A DNA stretch of 62,649 bases, counting the filler, from Anaerolineae bacterium (GTDB lineage Bacteria > Chloroflexota > Anaerolineae > Epilineales > Epilineaceae), in NCBI GenBank assembly GCA_029262755.1. It is 3 parts of 3 records of this genome, joined end to end, with 100 filler letters (N's around TTAATTAATTAA, not from the genome) between each part and the next. Parts side by side here need not be neighbours in the genome. Positions count along the whole stretch, not along the records: positions 1 to 27,931 come from JAJCYU010000028.1; 2 more parts are not named here. One strand, 5' to 3'. Below, piece after piece: positions 8,707 to 20,127 of this stretch (positions are counted from its first letter, which is position 1; every line of letters begins with the position of its first letter). The notes under the pieces were generated by a model. It searched no databases, was not told where the DNA came from, and saw only the letters and a program-made list of their open reading frames with translations. The translations under genes and the position numbers were made by a program.

Positions 8707-10596
8707 ATGGCCGACGCCTCAACCCGCGCCGTGGGCTACGTGGTTGGCGAAGTGCGGACCGACGAGTTCACGTTCGTATCCAGCACGGAGCTTGCGCCCC
8801 CTAGGCTCGAGTACCTCGTGCTGCGTGGGGTGCAAGAGCAGGTGGGCTCGGATGCCGGCACGCGCGCGGTCGATGTGCTCGCGCAGGTCGCCACGCTCGC
8901 GGTCAGCAACCGCCTGCTTTCCACGTCGATGAACTATCACGAGGTGGAGGCGATCTTGCGCCGTCTCGGTGCTGCGCCGCCGGTGGTCATCGGGACGGCG
9001 AAAGTGCTCGGCTACCTCGATCCGCAGGGGCAGGTACGCGTGCCCCGCGGCGCGGCGCGGCCGGGTGATACGGTGGAGACCGCTCCGGACGAGCTGCTGG
9101 AGCGTTTCTTCAACAAGGACGTGCGCGACGGGATGGAGATCGGCTCGTTGATCAACCGTCCCGCCGTGCCGGTGACGTTGAATCCGGACGGTCTGAACCG
9201 CCATCTGGCGGTCATCGCCCAGACCGGAGCGGGCAAGAGCTATACGGTGGGCGTGCTTCTCGAGCGGCTGCTCGAGCTGGGCGGCACGGTCGTGGTCTTC
9301 GACCCCAATAGCGATTACGTGCTGATGCGGCGCGATGCCGAGCGCCGGCCGACGCCCTTCGCCGACCGCGTGTCGATCTACCGCATGCCGGTCGAGCAGC
9401 AACATCGCATCAGCGACTCCGAGGTCGGCGGCTCGCGCCGCCTATCCGTCCGCTTCTCCAATCTCGACATCGAAGAAGTGTGCGAGATGGCGGGCATCGC
9501 GGAGGGGTGGGCCAACCTGCGCGCCGGCATGACCGCGGCCTTCCGCCGCCTCCACGGGGACTACACCGCCGAAGATCTCGTGGCGGCCCTGGAGGAGATC
9601 GGCGACTACGAAGGCTGGGAGGAGGCCGCGGGCGCTTCGCCGCCGTGGCAGGTCCTGCCCGGTGGCGCGAACGGCGGTCGGGGCGGCGCGGAAGGCGAGT
9701 ACGCCGATGACGATTCGAGCGCGGATGCGTTCGGAAGCGACGGCGAGCCGCACGATGCGGACGACCTGCCGGACACGTTGGACACCACCGCGTGGTTCGG
9801 GGACGCCGCGGAGCGCGCGGCGCGGCGCGAACGAGCCGATCGGGCGCGCGGCGCCGACGTCGGCAAGGCCCCAAAGCCACCCTCCCGCGACGAGGTGTCG
9901 GGTGCGCGGAAGGCGCTCAAGTACGCCAAGTATCTCGCAGGCCTTCCGGTCTGGGGGCACGACGACATCCCGCTCGACGACCTGCTGCGGCCGATGCACC
10001 TGTCTACGTTGGACATGGCGGGCGTCGATCGCCGCATCGTCGACTTCGTGGCCACGAAGGTCCAGCGCGAGGTGTGGCAGGAGGCGACCCGTCACGGCAT
10101 GCGCCGTCCGGTGTTCCTCGTGCTGGAGGAGGCCCACAATTTCGTCGGGCGGGAGAGCCAGGGTAGGGCGGGATATTGGATCAAGCGCATCGCGGCCGAG
10201 GGCCGTAAGTTCGGCGTGTTCCTGATGTTGATCACCCAGCGACCGGGCAAGGTGCATGCGGACACGTTGTCCCAATGCGGCAGCCAGATCATCATGCGCC
10301 TGACCAACCCGGACGATCAGTCCGCGGTGCGTCGGGCATCCGAAAGCGTGTCCGAATCCCTGCTGCTCGACCTGCCCGGCCTCAACATCGGGGAGGCGGT
10401 CGTGATGGGACCCTTGGTGCGCGTGCCCGTCATGGTGCGCGTCACCGGTCGCCGCAGCGCCGAGGGCGGCAGCGACTACAAGATCGCGGAGGCGCTGCAG
10501 GCCGCACGCGGCGAGCGCGTGACGGAGACGATGGTCGCCGAGGACGAACTCGCACGGAAACGTCGGGGCCGCAGCGCCTGGCAGGAAGAGATCTAG
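8707..10596 (+). CDS. herA: HerA/FtsK-family DNA translocase ATPase (HAS barrel plus ATPase)
   Basis: GAGGAG RBS; N-terminal HAS-barrel-like segment; Walker A AQTGAGKS; Walker B LVLEEAH; RIAAEGRKFG and ITQRP motifs. Confidence 0.9.
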   Translation: MADASTRAVGYVVGEVRTDEFTFVSSTELAPPRLEYLVLRGVQEQVGSDAGTRAVDVLAQVATLAVSNRLLSTSMNYHEVEAILRRLGAAPPVVIGTAKVLGYLDPQGQVRVPRGAARPGDTVETAPDELLERFFNKDVRDGMEIGSLINRPAVPVTLNPDGLNRHLAVIAQTGAGKSYTVGVLLERLLELGGTVVVFDPNSDYVLMRRDAERRPTPFADRVSIYRMPVEQQHRISDSEVGGSRRLSVRFSNLDIEEVCEMAGIAEGWANLRAGMTAAFRRLHGDYTAEDLVAALEEIGDYEGWEEAAGASPPWQVLPGGANGGRGGAEGEYADDDSSADAFGSDGEPHDADDLPDTLDTTAWFGDAAERAARRERADRARGADVGKAPKPPSRDEVSGARKALKYAKYLAGLPVWGHDDIPLDDLLRPMHLSTLDMAGVDRRIVDFVATKVQREVWQEATRHGMRRPVFLVLEEAHNFVGRESQGRAGYWIKRIAAEGRKFGVFLMLITQRPGKVHADTLSQCGSQIIMRLTNPDDQSAVRRASESVSESLLLDLPGLNIGEAVVMGPLVRVPVMVRVTGRRSAEGGSDYKIAEALQAARGERVTETMVAEDELARKRRGRSAWQEEI

Positions 10597-10704
10597 TCGT
10601 CCAACCAGCTTGGAGATGTGGCTAGAACGGGCTGCGGCACTCCTTGTCCGGACATCGTACTATTGGGTTCCCCCTTCGCGTCGAAACGTTCGTCCGAATC
10701 ATGC

Positions 10705-10752
10705 TGGACGGGTCTTGCCCCGCTCCCTATACTGGCCGCCGAACACACGTTC
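10705..10752 (+). promoter_or_regulatory. Putative mre11/sbcD promoter with LexA-type SOS box
   Basis: TGGACG (10705-10710), 17 nt, TATACT (10728-10733), 7 nt, GAACACACGTTC (10741-10752). Confidence 0.72.
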
Positions 10753-10834
10753 CATGGCGGTGATATCCAGCGAGCCCACGGATACCCTGCTCAAACGACC
10801 CCATCCGCGACCGCAGCCGGGAGCCCCGCCCGCG

Positions 10835-12133
10835 ATGCCAACGCTCGTCTTCGCCTCCGACAGCCACCTCAACAAGCACTACGCGCGGATGACGCCCGAT
10901 CAGCTCGCGAAGCGGCGGGAATATCTGCGCGACGGCTTGGAGCAGACGATCGACTACGCCATCGGCGTCGGCGCGGATCTGTACGTGCACGGCGGCGATC
11001 TCTTCGACGGGCCCAACCCGCGCGCGGTCGAGTTGATCTGGGCGGCGCGGCAGTTCAAGCGCCTGGCTGAAGCCGGTGTGCGCAGCTACCTGATCGGCGG
11101 CAACCACGACATTCCCAAGAGCCGACAGTTCGGAGCCACCCCGCAACGTCTGTTCCAGACCATGGGCGTGGCGCGCGTCTTCACCGATTCCACCCGCGTG
11201 GAGTGGGATGTTGCGCAGATCGACGGGCTGCGCATCGCGATCGGCGGCCTCCCGCCCGACCCGCGCCTCTCGCCGGACGACGACCCCTTCGCGGTGCTGG
11301 ACGAACCGATCCAAGCACCGGAGGCCGAAGCACGCATCCTCGTTACCCACTACGCCGTGGAAGGCCGCCTTCATCCGCTGGCTTCGGAAGCCACCATCAG
11401 CCACGCATCGATCGCCGCCGTGTCGGAGCAGGTGGACTGGCTGCTGGTCGGGCATATCCACGAGGCCACCGAAATGGACATCGGCGGCGTGCGCGTGCTC
11501 TTTCCCGGTCCGACGGAGCGCATGAGCTTCGGCGAGCTCGACGTGCGCTGCGGCTTCGCACAGCTCGAGATCGCGCCGGGACCGGAGCATGCCGATGATG
11601 ATCGTCGTATCGACGGTCGGAGCGACGGCCGGACTTCCGTCCGGAGGCCGCGAGCCGTGATCACCGGCCGCCACATCCACATCGACCCGCAGCCGATGCG
11701 GCGCGAGACGCTGCGCGCCGGCGATATTCCGGCCGACGACCCCACGGCCTGGATCGTGGCCCACGTGCGCGCGGTGTCGGCGCCGGATCAGATCCTTCAG
11801 TTGCGCTTGGACGGACCACTGCCGCGGGAGACCTATCACCAACTGCGCATCCGCGACGTCATCGCCGCGGGGTCGGACCTGAACTTCTTCTTCGACCTCG
11901 ACCGTCGCCGGCTCACCGTGCGCGACGAGACGGCCGGTCTCGCGCCCGCTGCGACGGGCGGCGTCGAGCGGGTCAGCGCGCGGGCCGAGATCGCACGGGT
12001 CGCCGCAACGATGGCCGCCAACGCGGAGGACGACGTGGCGCGCTCGATCATCGATGAGGCGCGCGCGTTGGTGTTGGATCGCTACGCGCCCATGATCGTC
12101 GATGACGATGTGCCGGAAGGCGCGACGTCATGA
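10835..12133 (+). CDS. sbcD: Mre11/SbcD-family DNA repair exonuclease
   Basis: Metallophosphoesterase motifs SDSH, GDLFD, GNHD, THY, GHIH, PGPTERMSFGE. Start 10835 chosen over 10610. Confidence 0.88.
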   Translation: MPTLVFASDSHLNKHYARMTPDQLAKRREYLRDGLEQTIDYAIGVGADLYVHGGDLFDGPNPRAVELIWAARQFKRLAEAGVRSYLIGGNHDIPKSRQFGATPQRLFQTMGVARVFTDSTRVEWDVAQIDGLRIAIGGLPPDPRLSPDDDPFAVLDEPIQAPEAEARILVTHYAVEGRLHPLASEATISHASIAAVSEQVDWLLVGHIHEATEMDIGGVRVLFPGPTERMSFGELDVRCGFAQLEIAPGPEHADDDRRIDGRSDGRTSVRRPRAVITGRHIHIDPQPMRRETLRAGDIPADDPTAWIVAHVRAVSAPDQILQLRLDGPLPRETYHQLRIRDVIAAGSDLNFFFDLDRRRLTVRDETAGLAPAATGGVERVSARAEIARVAATMAANAEDDVARSIIDEARALVLDRYAPMIVDDDVPEGATS

Positions 12134-13425
12134 GCGACGATTTCCTGACCGTTGGCGGCTTGACCGGGTTGATCAAGGAGCGGCTCGAGGCCGATCCCGC
12201 GTTGGTCGATGTCTGGGTCCGCGGCGAGGTCAGCGAGAGCTTCATGGCCAAGAGCGGCCATTGGTACTTCACGATCAAGGACGAGGATGCGTCGCTGCCC
12301 TGCGTGATGTGGAAGGGTGTCGCGTCGCGGCAGCACGTGCTGCCGGAGGGCGGCGGCGCGTTCACGTTCCACGGTGGGATCACGATCTACCGCCGCAACG
12401 GAAAGCTGCAACTCCAGGTCGACGAGATCGTGGCGGAAGGACAGGGTGACCTCCACGCGCGCTTCGAAGCGCTGAAGGCCCGGCTGCTTGAGGAAGGCCT
12501 CTTCGAGCGCGCCCGTACCCTGCCGCCCTACCCGCGCCGCATCGGCCTCGTCTCGAGCCCGGACGCTGCCGCGCTGCGCGACGTGTGGCACGTGATCGGC
12601 CGTCGATGGCCGTCGGTGGAGCTGCTGCTTGCGCCGACACGCGTGCAGGGCGACAGCGCCCCGGCCGAGATCGTTGCCGCCATCGAAGCCATCGGACGGG
12701 CCGCGGTCGACGTCGTGATCATCACGCGCGGTGGCGGAAGTCTCGAGGACCTGTGGGCCTTCAACGACGAGTCGGTCGCGCGCGCGCTGTTTGCGCTCAC
12801 CGTTCCCACGGTCGCCGGCGTCGGGCACGAGACCGACTTCACGATCGTGGATTTCGTGGCCGATCTACGCGCCCCCACACCCTCCGCCGCGGCCGAAGTC
12901 GTCACGCCGGACGGCGACGAGCTGCGCTACGCGGTCGACGATCTGGCGCTGCGGCTCGGCCGGTTGGCGCACGGCAGCTTGGAGCAATCCCGCGCCGGAG
13001 CCGACCGCCTGGCCCATCGGCTGGGCGTCGCATCGCCCGGCCGCGCCGTGGAACGCGCGCGCGCAGCCACGGCCGAACGCCGCGAGCGCTTGCGCCGCGC
13101 GATGGCGGGTCGGTTGCGCGAGGCGGCCTCGGGTACGAGCGCGTTCGCGCGCCGCCTCGAAGCGCTCAGCCCCAACGCCACGCTAGCCCGCGGCTACGCG
13201 CACGTCACCCGCGATCCGGACGGCCGCACGGTGCGCGGCACGGCTGACGTCGCCCCGGGCACGGGCCTACGCGTGCAGGTGGCGGACGGCCGCTTCGACG
13301 CGGTCGTCGCGGGTCAGGCCGGCCTCTTCGACATGTTCGAACTTGATCCCAATGACACGGATGCACTCGATGCGGACGCGCCCGCTACGAACCCTTCCGC
13401 ATCCGACAGCCACGGCGCCGATTGA
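12130..13425 (+). CDS. xseA: Exodeoxyribonuclease VII large subunit
   Basis: VWVRGEVS, SGHWYFTIKD, RGGGSLEDLWAFNDE, GVGHETD, RAPTPSAAAE; ATGA overlap with mre11/sbcD. Confidence 0.96.
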   Translation: MSDDFLTVGGLTGLIKERLEADPALVDVWVRGEVSESFMAKSGHWYFTIKDEDASLPCVMWKGVASRQHVLPEGGGAFTFHGGITIYRRNGKLQLQVDEIVAEGQGDLHARFEALKARLLEEGLFERARTLPPYPRRIGLVSSPDAAALRDVWHVIGRRWPSVELLLAPTRVQGDSAPAEIVAAIEAIGRAAVDVVIITRGGGSLEDLWAFNDESVARALFALTVPTVAGVGHETDFTIVDFVADLRAPTPSAAAEVVTPDGDELRYAVDDLALRLGRLAHGSLEQSRAGADRLAHRLGVASPGRAVERARAATAERRERLRRAMAGRLREAASGTSAFARRLEALSPNATLARGYAHVTRDPDGRTVRGTADVAPGTGLRVQVADGRFDAVVAGQAGLFDMFELDPNDTDALDADAPATNPSASDSHGAD

Positions 13426-13610
13426 CCATGGCGTTTGACGCGAGGTCTGACCGGGCCGGTCGACCAATCCGGTTCGGCCGACCAAGCCGGGACGGTCGAC
13501 CACGCCAGGACGGTCGTACAAGCTGGGACGACCGCGCAATACGACGGATGCGAGCGGTAGATCCACGTTTGATCCGACAAGACACGTCGCACCACGGAGA
13601 CCTACGATGA
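13422..13610 (+). CDS. Possible small repeat-containing peptide between xseA and xseB
   Basis: TTG overlaps the xseA stop (in-frame ATG at 13428); its TGA overlaps the xseB ATG; contains four 18-bp repeats. Confidence 0.3.
   Translation: MTMAFDARSDRAGRPIRFGRPSRDGRPRQDGRTSWDDRAIRRMRAVDPRLIRQDTSHHGDLR
13458..13529 (+). repeat. Four imperfect 18-bp tandem repeats
   Basis: ggtcgaccaatccggttc / ggccgaccaagccgggac / ggtcgaccacgccaggac / ggtcgtacaagctgggac. Confidence 0.75.
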
Positions 13611-13918
13611 GCAACGACGCCGGCCAACCGACCGACGAAGCCGCCGAGCCCGACATGGCCCATTGGGACACCCACGTCGGGATCGAGAGCCTGGATCTCG
13701 AGACGGTGAAAGACTTGCCTTTCGAGGTGGCCTACGAGGCGCTCGACGAGGCTGTGCGTAGGCTCGAGACCGGCGATCTCAGCCTCGAGAACTCGATCGC
13801 CATCTATGAGCGCGGCATCGCCCTGTCCGCACGCTGCGGCTCGTTGCTCGAGGCCGCGGAGCTACGGGTGCAGCAAGTGGATGCGGACGGACAGGTTACC
13901 GGCGAGGTCGCGCTGTAG
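13607..13918 (+). CDS. xseB: Exodeoxyribonuclease VII small subunit
   Basis: FEVAYEALDEAVRRLETGDLSLENSIAIYERG...LEAAE signature. Confidence 0.93.
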   Translation: MSNDAGQPTDEAAEPDMAHWDTHVGIESLDLETVKDLPFEVAYEALDEAVRRLETGDLSLENSIAIYERGIALSARCGSLLEAAELRVQQVDADGQVTGEVAL

Positions 13919-13978
13919 GAGCAGGTGCGGCCCTCACGATCGCCCTCGCTACCGATACCGCACTACCGCGCGCTCCAA

Positions 13979-16303
13979 CTACCGTGCGCTCCACGGAAGC
14001 CACAGCACCCGTGCGGGCGGAGTCGGCGTCGCGGTGGCGGTCGCCGGCGGTCGTGGGGTCGCCGTGGGCACTGCGGTGGGCTCCGGGTCATTGCCCAAGA
14101 CCGAAGCCTCGTACCACTGCAGGATGTTACCGGCACGTCCCAGGACATAGATGTAGAGGTCGTCGCCCGAGCGGAAGTCGAAAGGCAGAAGGGCGCTGAA
14201 GCGGCCGTCTGCGCCGATCAACGCATTGACCGCGCTCGCGCCGCGGTTGGAGCCTTCCGGTGGGATGGCCAGGGCCAGCATGGGCTGCAGGGGCGGGCCC
14301 GTACCAGTCACGCGGTTGGCCAACGTGTTGGACGTCCATGTGACCTCCGGCACGACGTCTTCGCGCACCGTGCCGCCGGTCTGGACGCGGATCCGTGCGC
14401 CGATGGGAACACCGTCCGGCCACTGCTCGTCCAGGCGAATCTCCCAGCCCGGCAGCTGTCCCGCCTCGCGTGGGCGACCGACCGATTCGAGCACCGCGCG
14501 CTCCGAGCCGTCCGGGTCGATGAGGGTCAGCGTCACCGGCTCGCCGGACGTCACCCGGCCAAGGGCGTTCTGGAACGAGATCGCCAAGATGGTCGAGGGC
14601 TCGTCCAGCCACTGCATGACGTAGCGGCCGATGCCCTGGCGCGTAGCCACCCAGCCGAAGCGCATACGACAGGCCTCGTCCGCCTCGTCGCACGTCAGCT
14701 GGTAGTCACCGTTCTCGTCGGCGGCGCCGCGCACTTGCACGTAGTCCTCGTCGAATTGGTCGCGGCCGAAGATGTCGGGCTCCCGACCGTAGACCAGCGC
14801 CAGCAGCTGGGCGTCGGCGGGTGCCTGGCCGGCAAGGGAAAGGCGGTCCTCGCTGGGAACGGCCGTCAGCACCGGCACGGTGAGCTCGACGGTGGCGCCG
14901 TATTCGGGTGTGAGGCGGATGATGTCGTCGGCGCCGAAGGTGGCGGGGCTCGCACGGTGGAAGAGCTCGGCCTCGAAGCGGCCACCGGGATCGGCTTCGG
15001 TGTAGGCCGTGCTCGTCGCGCCGCCGTCGGCGGGCACGTGCTCGATGATCAGCTCGCCCCAGCCTGCCGTATCGCCGGCGAGCCGGTTGCCCCATAGCTC
15101 AACCTGGATATCGGGCGCGTGGCCGACCACGTTGTGCACGAGGGCGCCACCCGGCCAGGACTGAATCGACGCGTTCAACCCGAGCGCAAGACCGAGCTCG
15201 CTGTAGTCGGCCGCGAAGGTGCCGTCCTCCGCGCCGAGCACGATGGCGCGGGCCCTACGATCGTCGTCCGCGAGGTCGACGAGCACCGTGGTGCGCGCGT
15301 TGGCGGGGGCCAGGCCGCGCACGGTGTTCGCGTCGCGATCGACGGTCGCGGTGACCCAGGGGATGTCCTCCGAGATGGCCACGGCCCCGTCGATCTCCAG
15401 ACGCAGCGTCTCGCCGGCATTGGGCACGAAGGGATCCTCCGTGCCCCCGCCGCGGGAGAGGATGACGGCGTACACGCCACCGCCGTACTCGATGGCCGCG
15501 TCGGTGCGCGAACGCTCCGCGCCCGATGGGCCGAGGATGGCCAACTCGATGCGCGCCCCACCGACGGTCCGCACGGTCGCGAAGGGCTGTTGATGGTCGA
15601 GCACGACGATGGGCGGCGCGAAGGGCGTCACGACGTAGTGGCCGTCCGCCGTGATCATGGCGACGTTGCCGAACGTGCCCGGCCGCATATCGATGACCTC
15701 GCCGAGCTCCGTGCGATAGCGATCGTCCGCGTCGACGGCGCCGACGATCGGATCGAAGGTGGGGGCCTCGCCGAGGAGTTCCTCCTGCCACCCGACGAGG
15801 GTGACGATTGCCGTCGCCCCCGGGGCGCGCCCCGAGACGACGTCCCCGTCGGCGTCGACCTCGACGGTGAGCTCCGGGAGCGTGAGCGTCGTCATGACGC
15901 CGTCTACGGTTGCCTCAATCCGGTAGCCGGGCCGGACCAAGACGAGCGGCTCCCCTGGATTCGCGTTCGGCGCGGTGAGCGTAGCCTCCCAGCCTTGCGG
16001 GGTTTTCTGCTGCGCCGTCACATCGGCGCGCTCGTAGCCTTCTTCGTCGATCAGGCGCACGCGCGGTGCGGTGGTCGAGGTGGTGCGCACCTCCAGCGTC
16101 CCGTTGTGCAAAAATGCAATGAGCAGCGGATCGGGGGCGGCTTGGGCCGCGACGGGCTGCGCGGGCGTGCCGACGGCGCTTGCGAGCAACGTGGCCAGGA
16201 CGATCGCGCAAGCGGCGAAGCGCGCGCGCAGGTCGCCCGGGCGACGCGGTGGGTTCAAGGGCGATACGGGGGGCCGCAAGTACGGCGACAGGAGGGGGGG
16301 CAT
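13979..16303 (-). CDS. Large secreted Ig-like repeat protein with Pro/Thr linker and C-terminal LWLPWSAR motif
   Basis: Signal-like hydrophobic segment; repeated beta-rich units (VSGRAP, VRGLAP, LAGQAP). Start uncertain. Confidence 0.75.
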   Translation of the reverse strand: MPPLLSPYLRPPVSPLNPPRRPGDLRARFAACAIVLATLLASAVGTPAQPVAAQAAPDPLLIAFLHNGTLEVRTTSTTAPRVRLIDEEGYERADVTAQQKTPQGWEATLTAPNANPGEPLVLVRPGYRIEATVDGVMTTLTLPELTVEVDADGDVVSGRAPGATAIVTLVGWQEELLGEAPTFDPIVGAVDADDRYRTELGEVIDMRPGTFGNVAMITADGHYVVTPFAPPIVVLDHQQPFATVRTVGGARIELAILGPSGAERSRTDAAIEYGGGVYAVILSRGGGTEDPFVPNAGETLRLEIDGAVAISEDIPWVTATVDRDANTVRGLAPANARTTVLVDLADDDRRARAIVLGAEDGTFAADYSELGLALGLNASIQSWPGGALVHNVVGHAPDIQVELWGNRLAGDTAGWGELIIEHVPADGGATSTAYTEADPGGRFEAELFHRASPATFGADDIIRLTPEYGATVELTVPVLTAVPSEDRLSLAGQAPADAQLLALVYGREPDIFGRDQFDEDYVQVRGAADENGDYQLTCDEADEACRMRFGWVATRQGIGRYVMQWLDEPSTILAISFQNALGRVTSGEPVTLTLIDPDGSERAVLESVGRPREAGQLPGWEIRLDEQWPDGVPIGARIRVQTGGTVREDVVPEVTWTSNTLANRVTGTGPPLQPMLALAIPPEGSNRGASAVNALIGADGRFSALLPFDFRSGDDLYIYVLGRAGNILQWYEASVLGNDPEPTAVPTATPRPPATATATPTPPARVLWLPWSAR

Positions 16304-16545
16304 GGTGGGCCTTCCTGGGTTGCGAGAGCTTCGGAACTTCACGGAGAGTACAGGCGAAACTGCGTCGGAGTTGCGGCGCCGGCCCGACCGGACATGGTGC
16401 CCGGCATCGTTGTGCCCGCAAGCCGCACTTGTCCAAACTTGACCATGCAGAAGCGGCGCTCCGCTACCTTGCGCCCAAAGATAGCGTGGCCTAAAATCGC
16501 CGGGTTCCCCTCCGCGCACCATCACAGCGAAATCCGAGTGTCCCC

Positions 16546-18521
<1,976 letters not shown>

Positions 18522-18597
18522 TGGCCGTGACGTTGCTGCGGCCGCCCCACTCGACGCGCACGGCGCGCGAGCCCAACGCGCAAGGAAGGACGGTCCG

Positions 18598-20127
18598 ATG
18601 AGCGACGAGATCCGCTTCGGCACAGACGGCTGGCGTGCCCGCATCGCTGACGGCTACACCTTCGCCAACCTACGCCGCGTCGCGGCCGCGGCCGCCCGCT
18701 ACTACCGTGACGAGTGCGACGGCGCGACGCGCGGCATCGTGATCGGGCACGATCAGCGCTTTCTCGCGCGCGAGATGGCCGAAGCCGCCGCGGAGGTGGT
18801 CGCGGCGCACGGGGTGCCGGTCCACCTGACGCGCGCCGCTACGCCGACGCCCGTGATCAGCTTCAGCGTCGGGGCGCGGGGCGCATGCGGCGCGATCAAC
18901 ATCACGGCGAGCCACAACCCGCCGACCGACCTGGGCTTCAAGGTGCGCGACGAACGCGGCGCCGCGCTTGCGCCGGCGGCGCTGGCGATGCTCGAAGCGC
19001 GCATCCCCGCTCCCGGCGAGCCGGTGGCGGACGCCGTGCCGACCTTGGCCGATGCCGTCGCCGATGGCCGAGTGCAGATCTTCGATCCTGCGCCGGACTA
19101 TCGTGCCTTCGTGGCCGAACGCTTTGATCTGGGTCGCATCGCCGATGCCGGGCTGCGCGTTGCCTACGATCCCATGTGGGGTGCGGGCATCGGTTGGCTC
19201 GGATGGCTTCTGGGTCCCGATTCGCGCACGCAACTGCTCACGATCCACGGCGAGCGCAACCCGAGCTTCCCCGAGATGGCGCGGCCCGAGCCGATTCCGC
19301 CCAACACGGACGCGCTCTCGCGCCACGTCCGTGCCACGGGCGCCGACATTGGGATCGTCAACGACGGTGACGCCGATCGGGTCGGCGCCGTCGACGAGCA
19401 CGGCAACTTCATCAACCAGCTGCAGGTCTATGCGCTGTTGGCCTGGTGGCTGCTCGAGATTCGCGGTGAACGCGGTGCCATCGTCAAGACGCTGTCCACC
19501 ACGTCGATGCTCGATGTACTGGGTCAGATCTACGACGTGCCCGTGCACGAGACCGGCGTCGGCTTCAAGTACGTGGGCCCGAAGATGCTGGAGACCGACG
19601 CCATGATCGGCGGCGAGGAGTCGGGAGGCTTCGCCTTCCGCGGCCTACCGGAGCGCGACGGCCTCATGGTGGCGCTCGCCTTGATGGAGATGATGCTCGA
19701 GACCGGCAAATCGCCCTCGGCGCTGATCCAGACGCTCTACGAGACGGTCGGCGCCGAGTGGTACTACGCGCGCGACGACGTCCGCTTCGACCCTTCCGCG
19801 CGGGCAGCGATCCAAGAGCGCCTCGCCGACGCGGCACCAAAGGAACTCGCCGGCCTGGCCGTGACGAGCATCGATCGCACGGACGGCCATAAATTCCGTC
19901 TTCCGGACGGCGGCTGGCTGCTTATCCGCTTCTCCGGCACGGAACCGCTCATGCGTGTCTACACGGAGACCACCCACGACCATCTCGTTCGCCCGATTCT
20001 CGACGCCGGCCTTGCGCTCGCGGGGCTCGGACGGGAAGGCTTCGCGTCGACGGACGCGGGCGATGGTGATAGCGAAGGAGGAGCGGGGGCCGCGACCACG
20101 AACCCGTCCGGTGAGAGCGCCGGATGA
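18598..20127 (+). CDS. Phosphoglucomutase/phosphomannomutase
   Basis: FGTDGWR, TASHNP, DGDADR, GGEESGG, RFSGTEP. Confidence 0.95.
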   Translation: MSDEIRFGTDGWRARIADGYTFANLRRVAAAAARYYRDECDGATRGIVIGHDQRFLAREMAEAAAEVVAAHGVPVHLTRAATPTPVISFSVGARGACGAINITASHNPPTDLGFKVRDERGAALAPAALAMLEARIPAPGEPVADAVPTLADAVADGRVQIFDPAPDYRAFVAERFDLGRIADAGLRVAYDPMWGAGIGWLGWLLGPDSRTQLLTIHGERNPSFPEMARPEPIPPNTDALSRHVRATGADIGIVNDGDADRVGAVDEHGNFINQLQVYALLAWWLLEIRGERGAIVKTLSTTSMLDVLGQIYDVPVHETGVGFKYVGPKMLETDAMIGGEESGGFAFRGLPERDGLMVALALMEMMLETGKSPSALIQTLYETVGAEWYYARDDVRFDPSARAAIQERLADAAPKELAGLAVTSIDRTDGHKFRLPDGGWLLIRFSGTEPLMRVYTETTHDHLVRPILDAGLALAGLGREGFASTDAGDGDSEGGAGAATTNPSGESAG

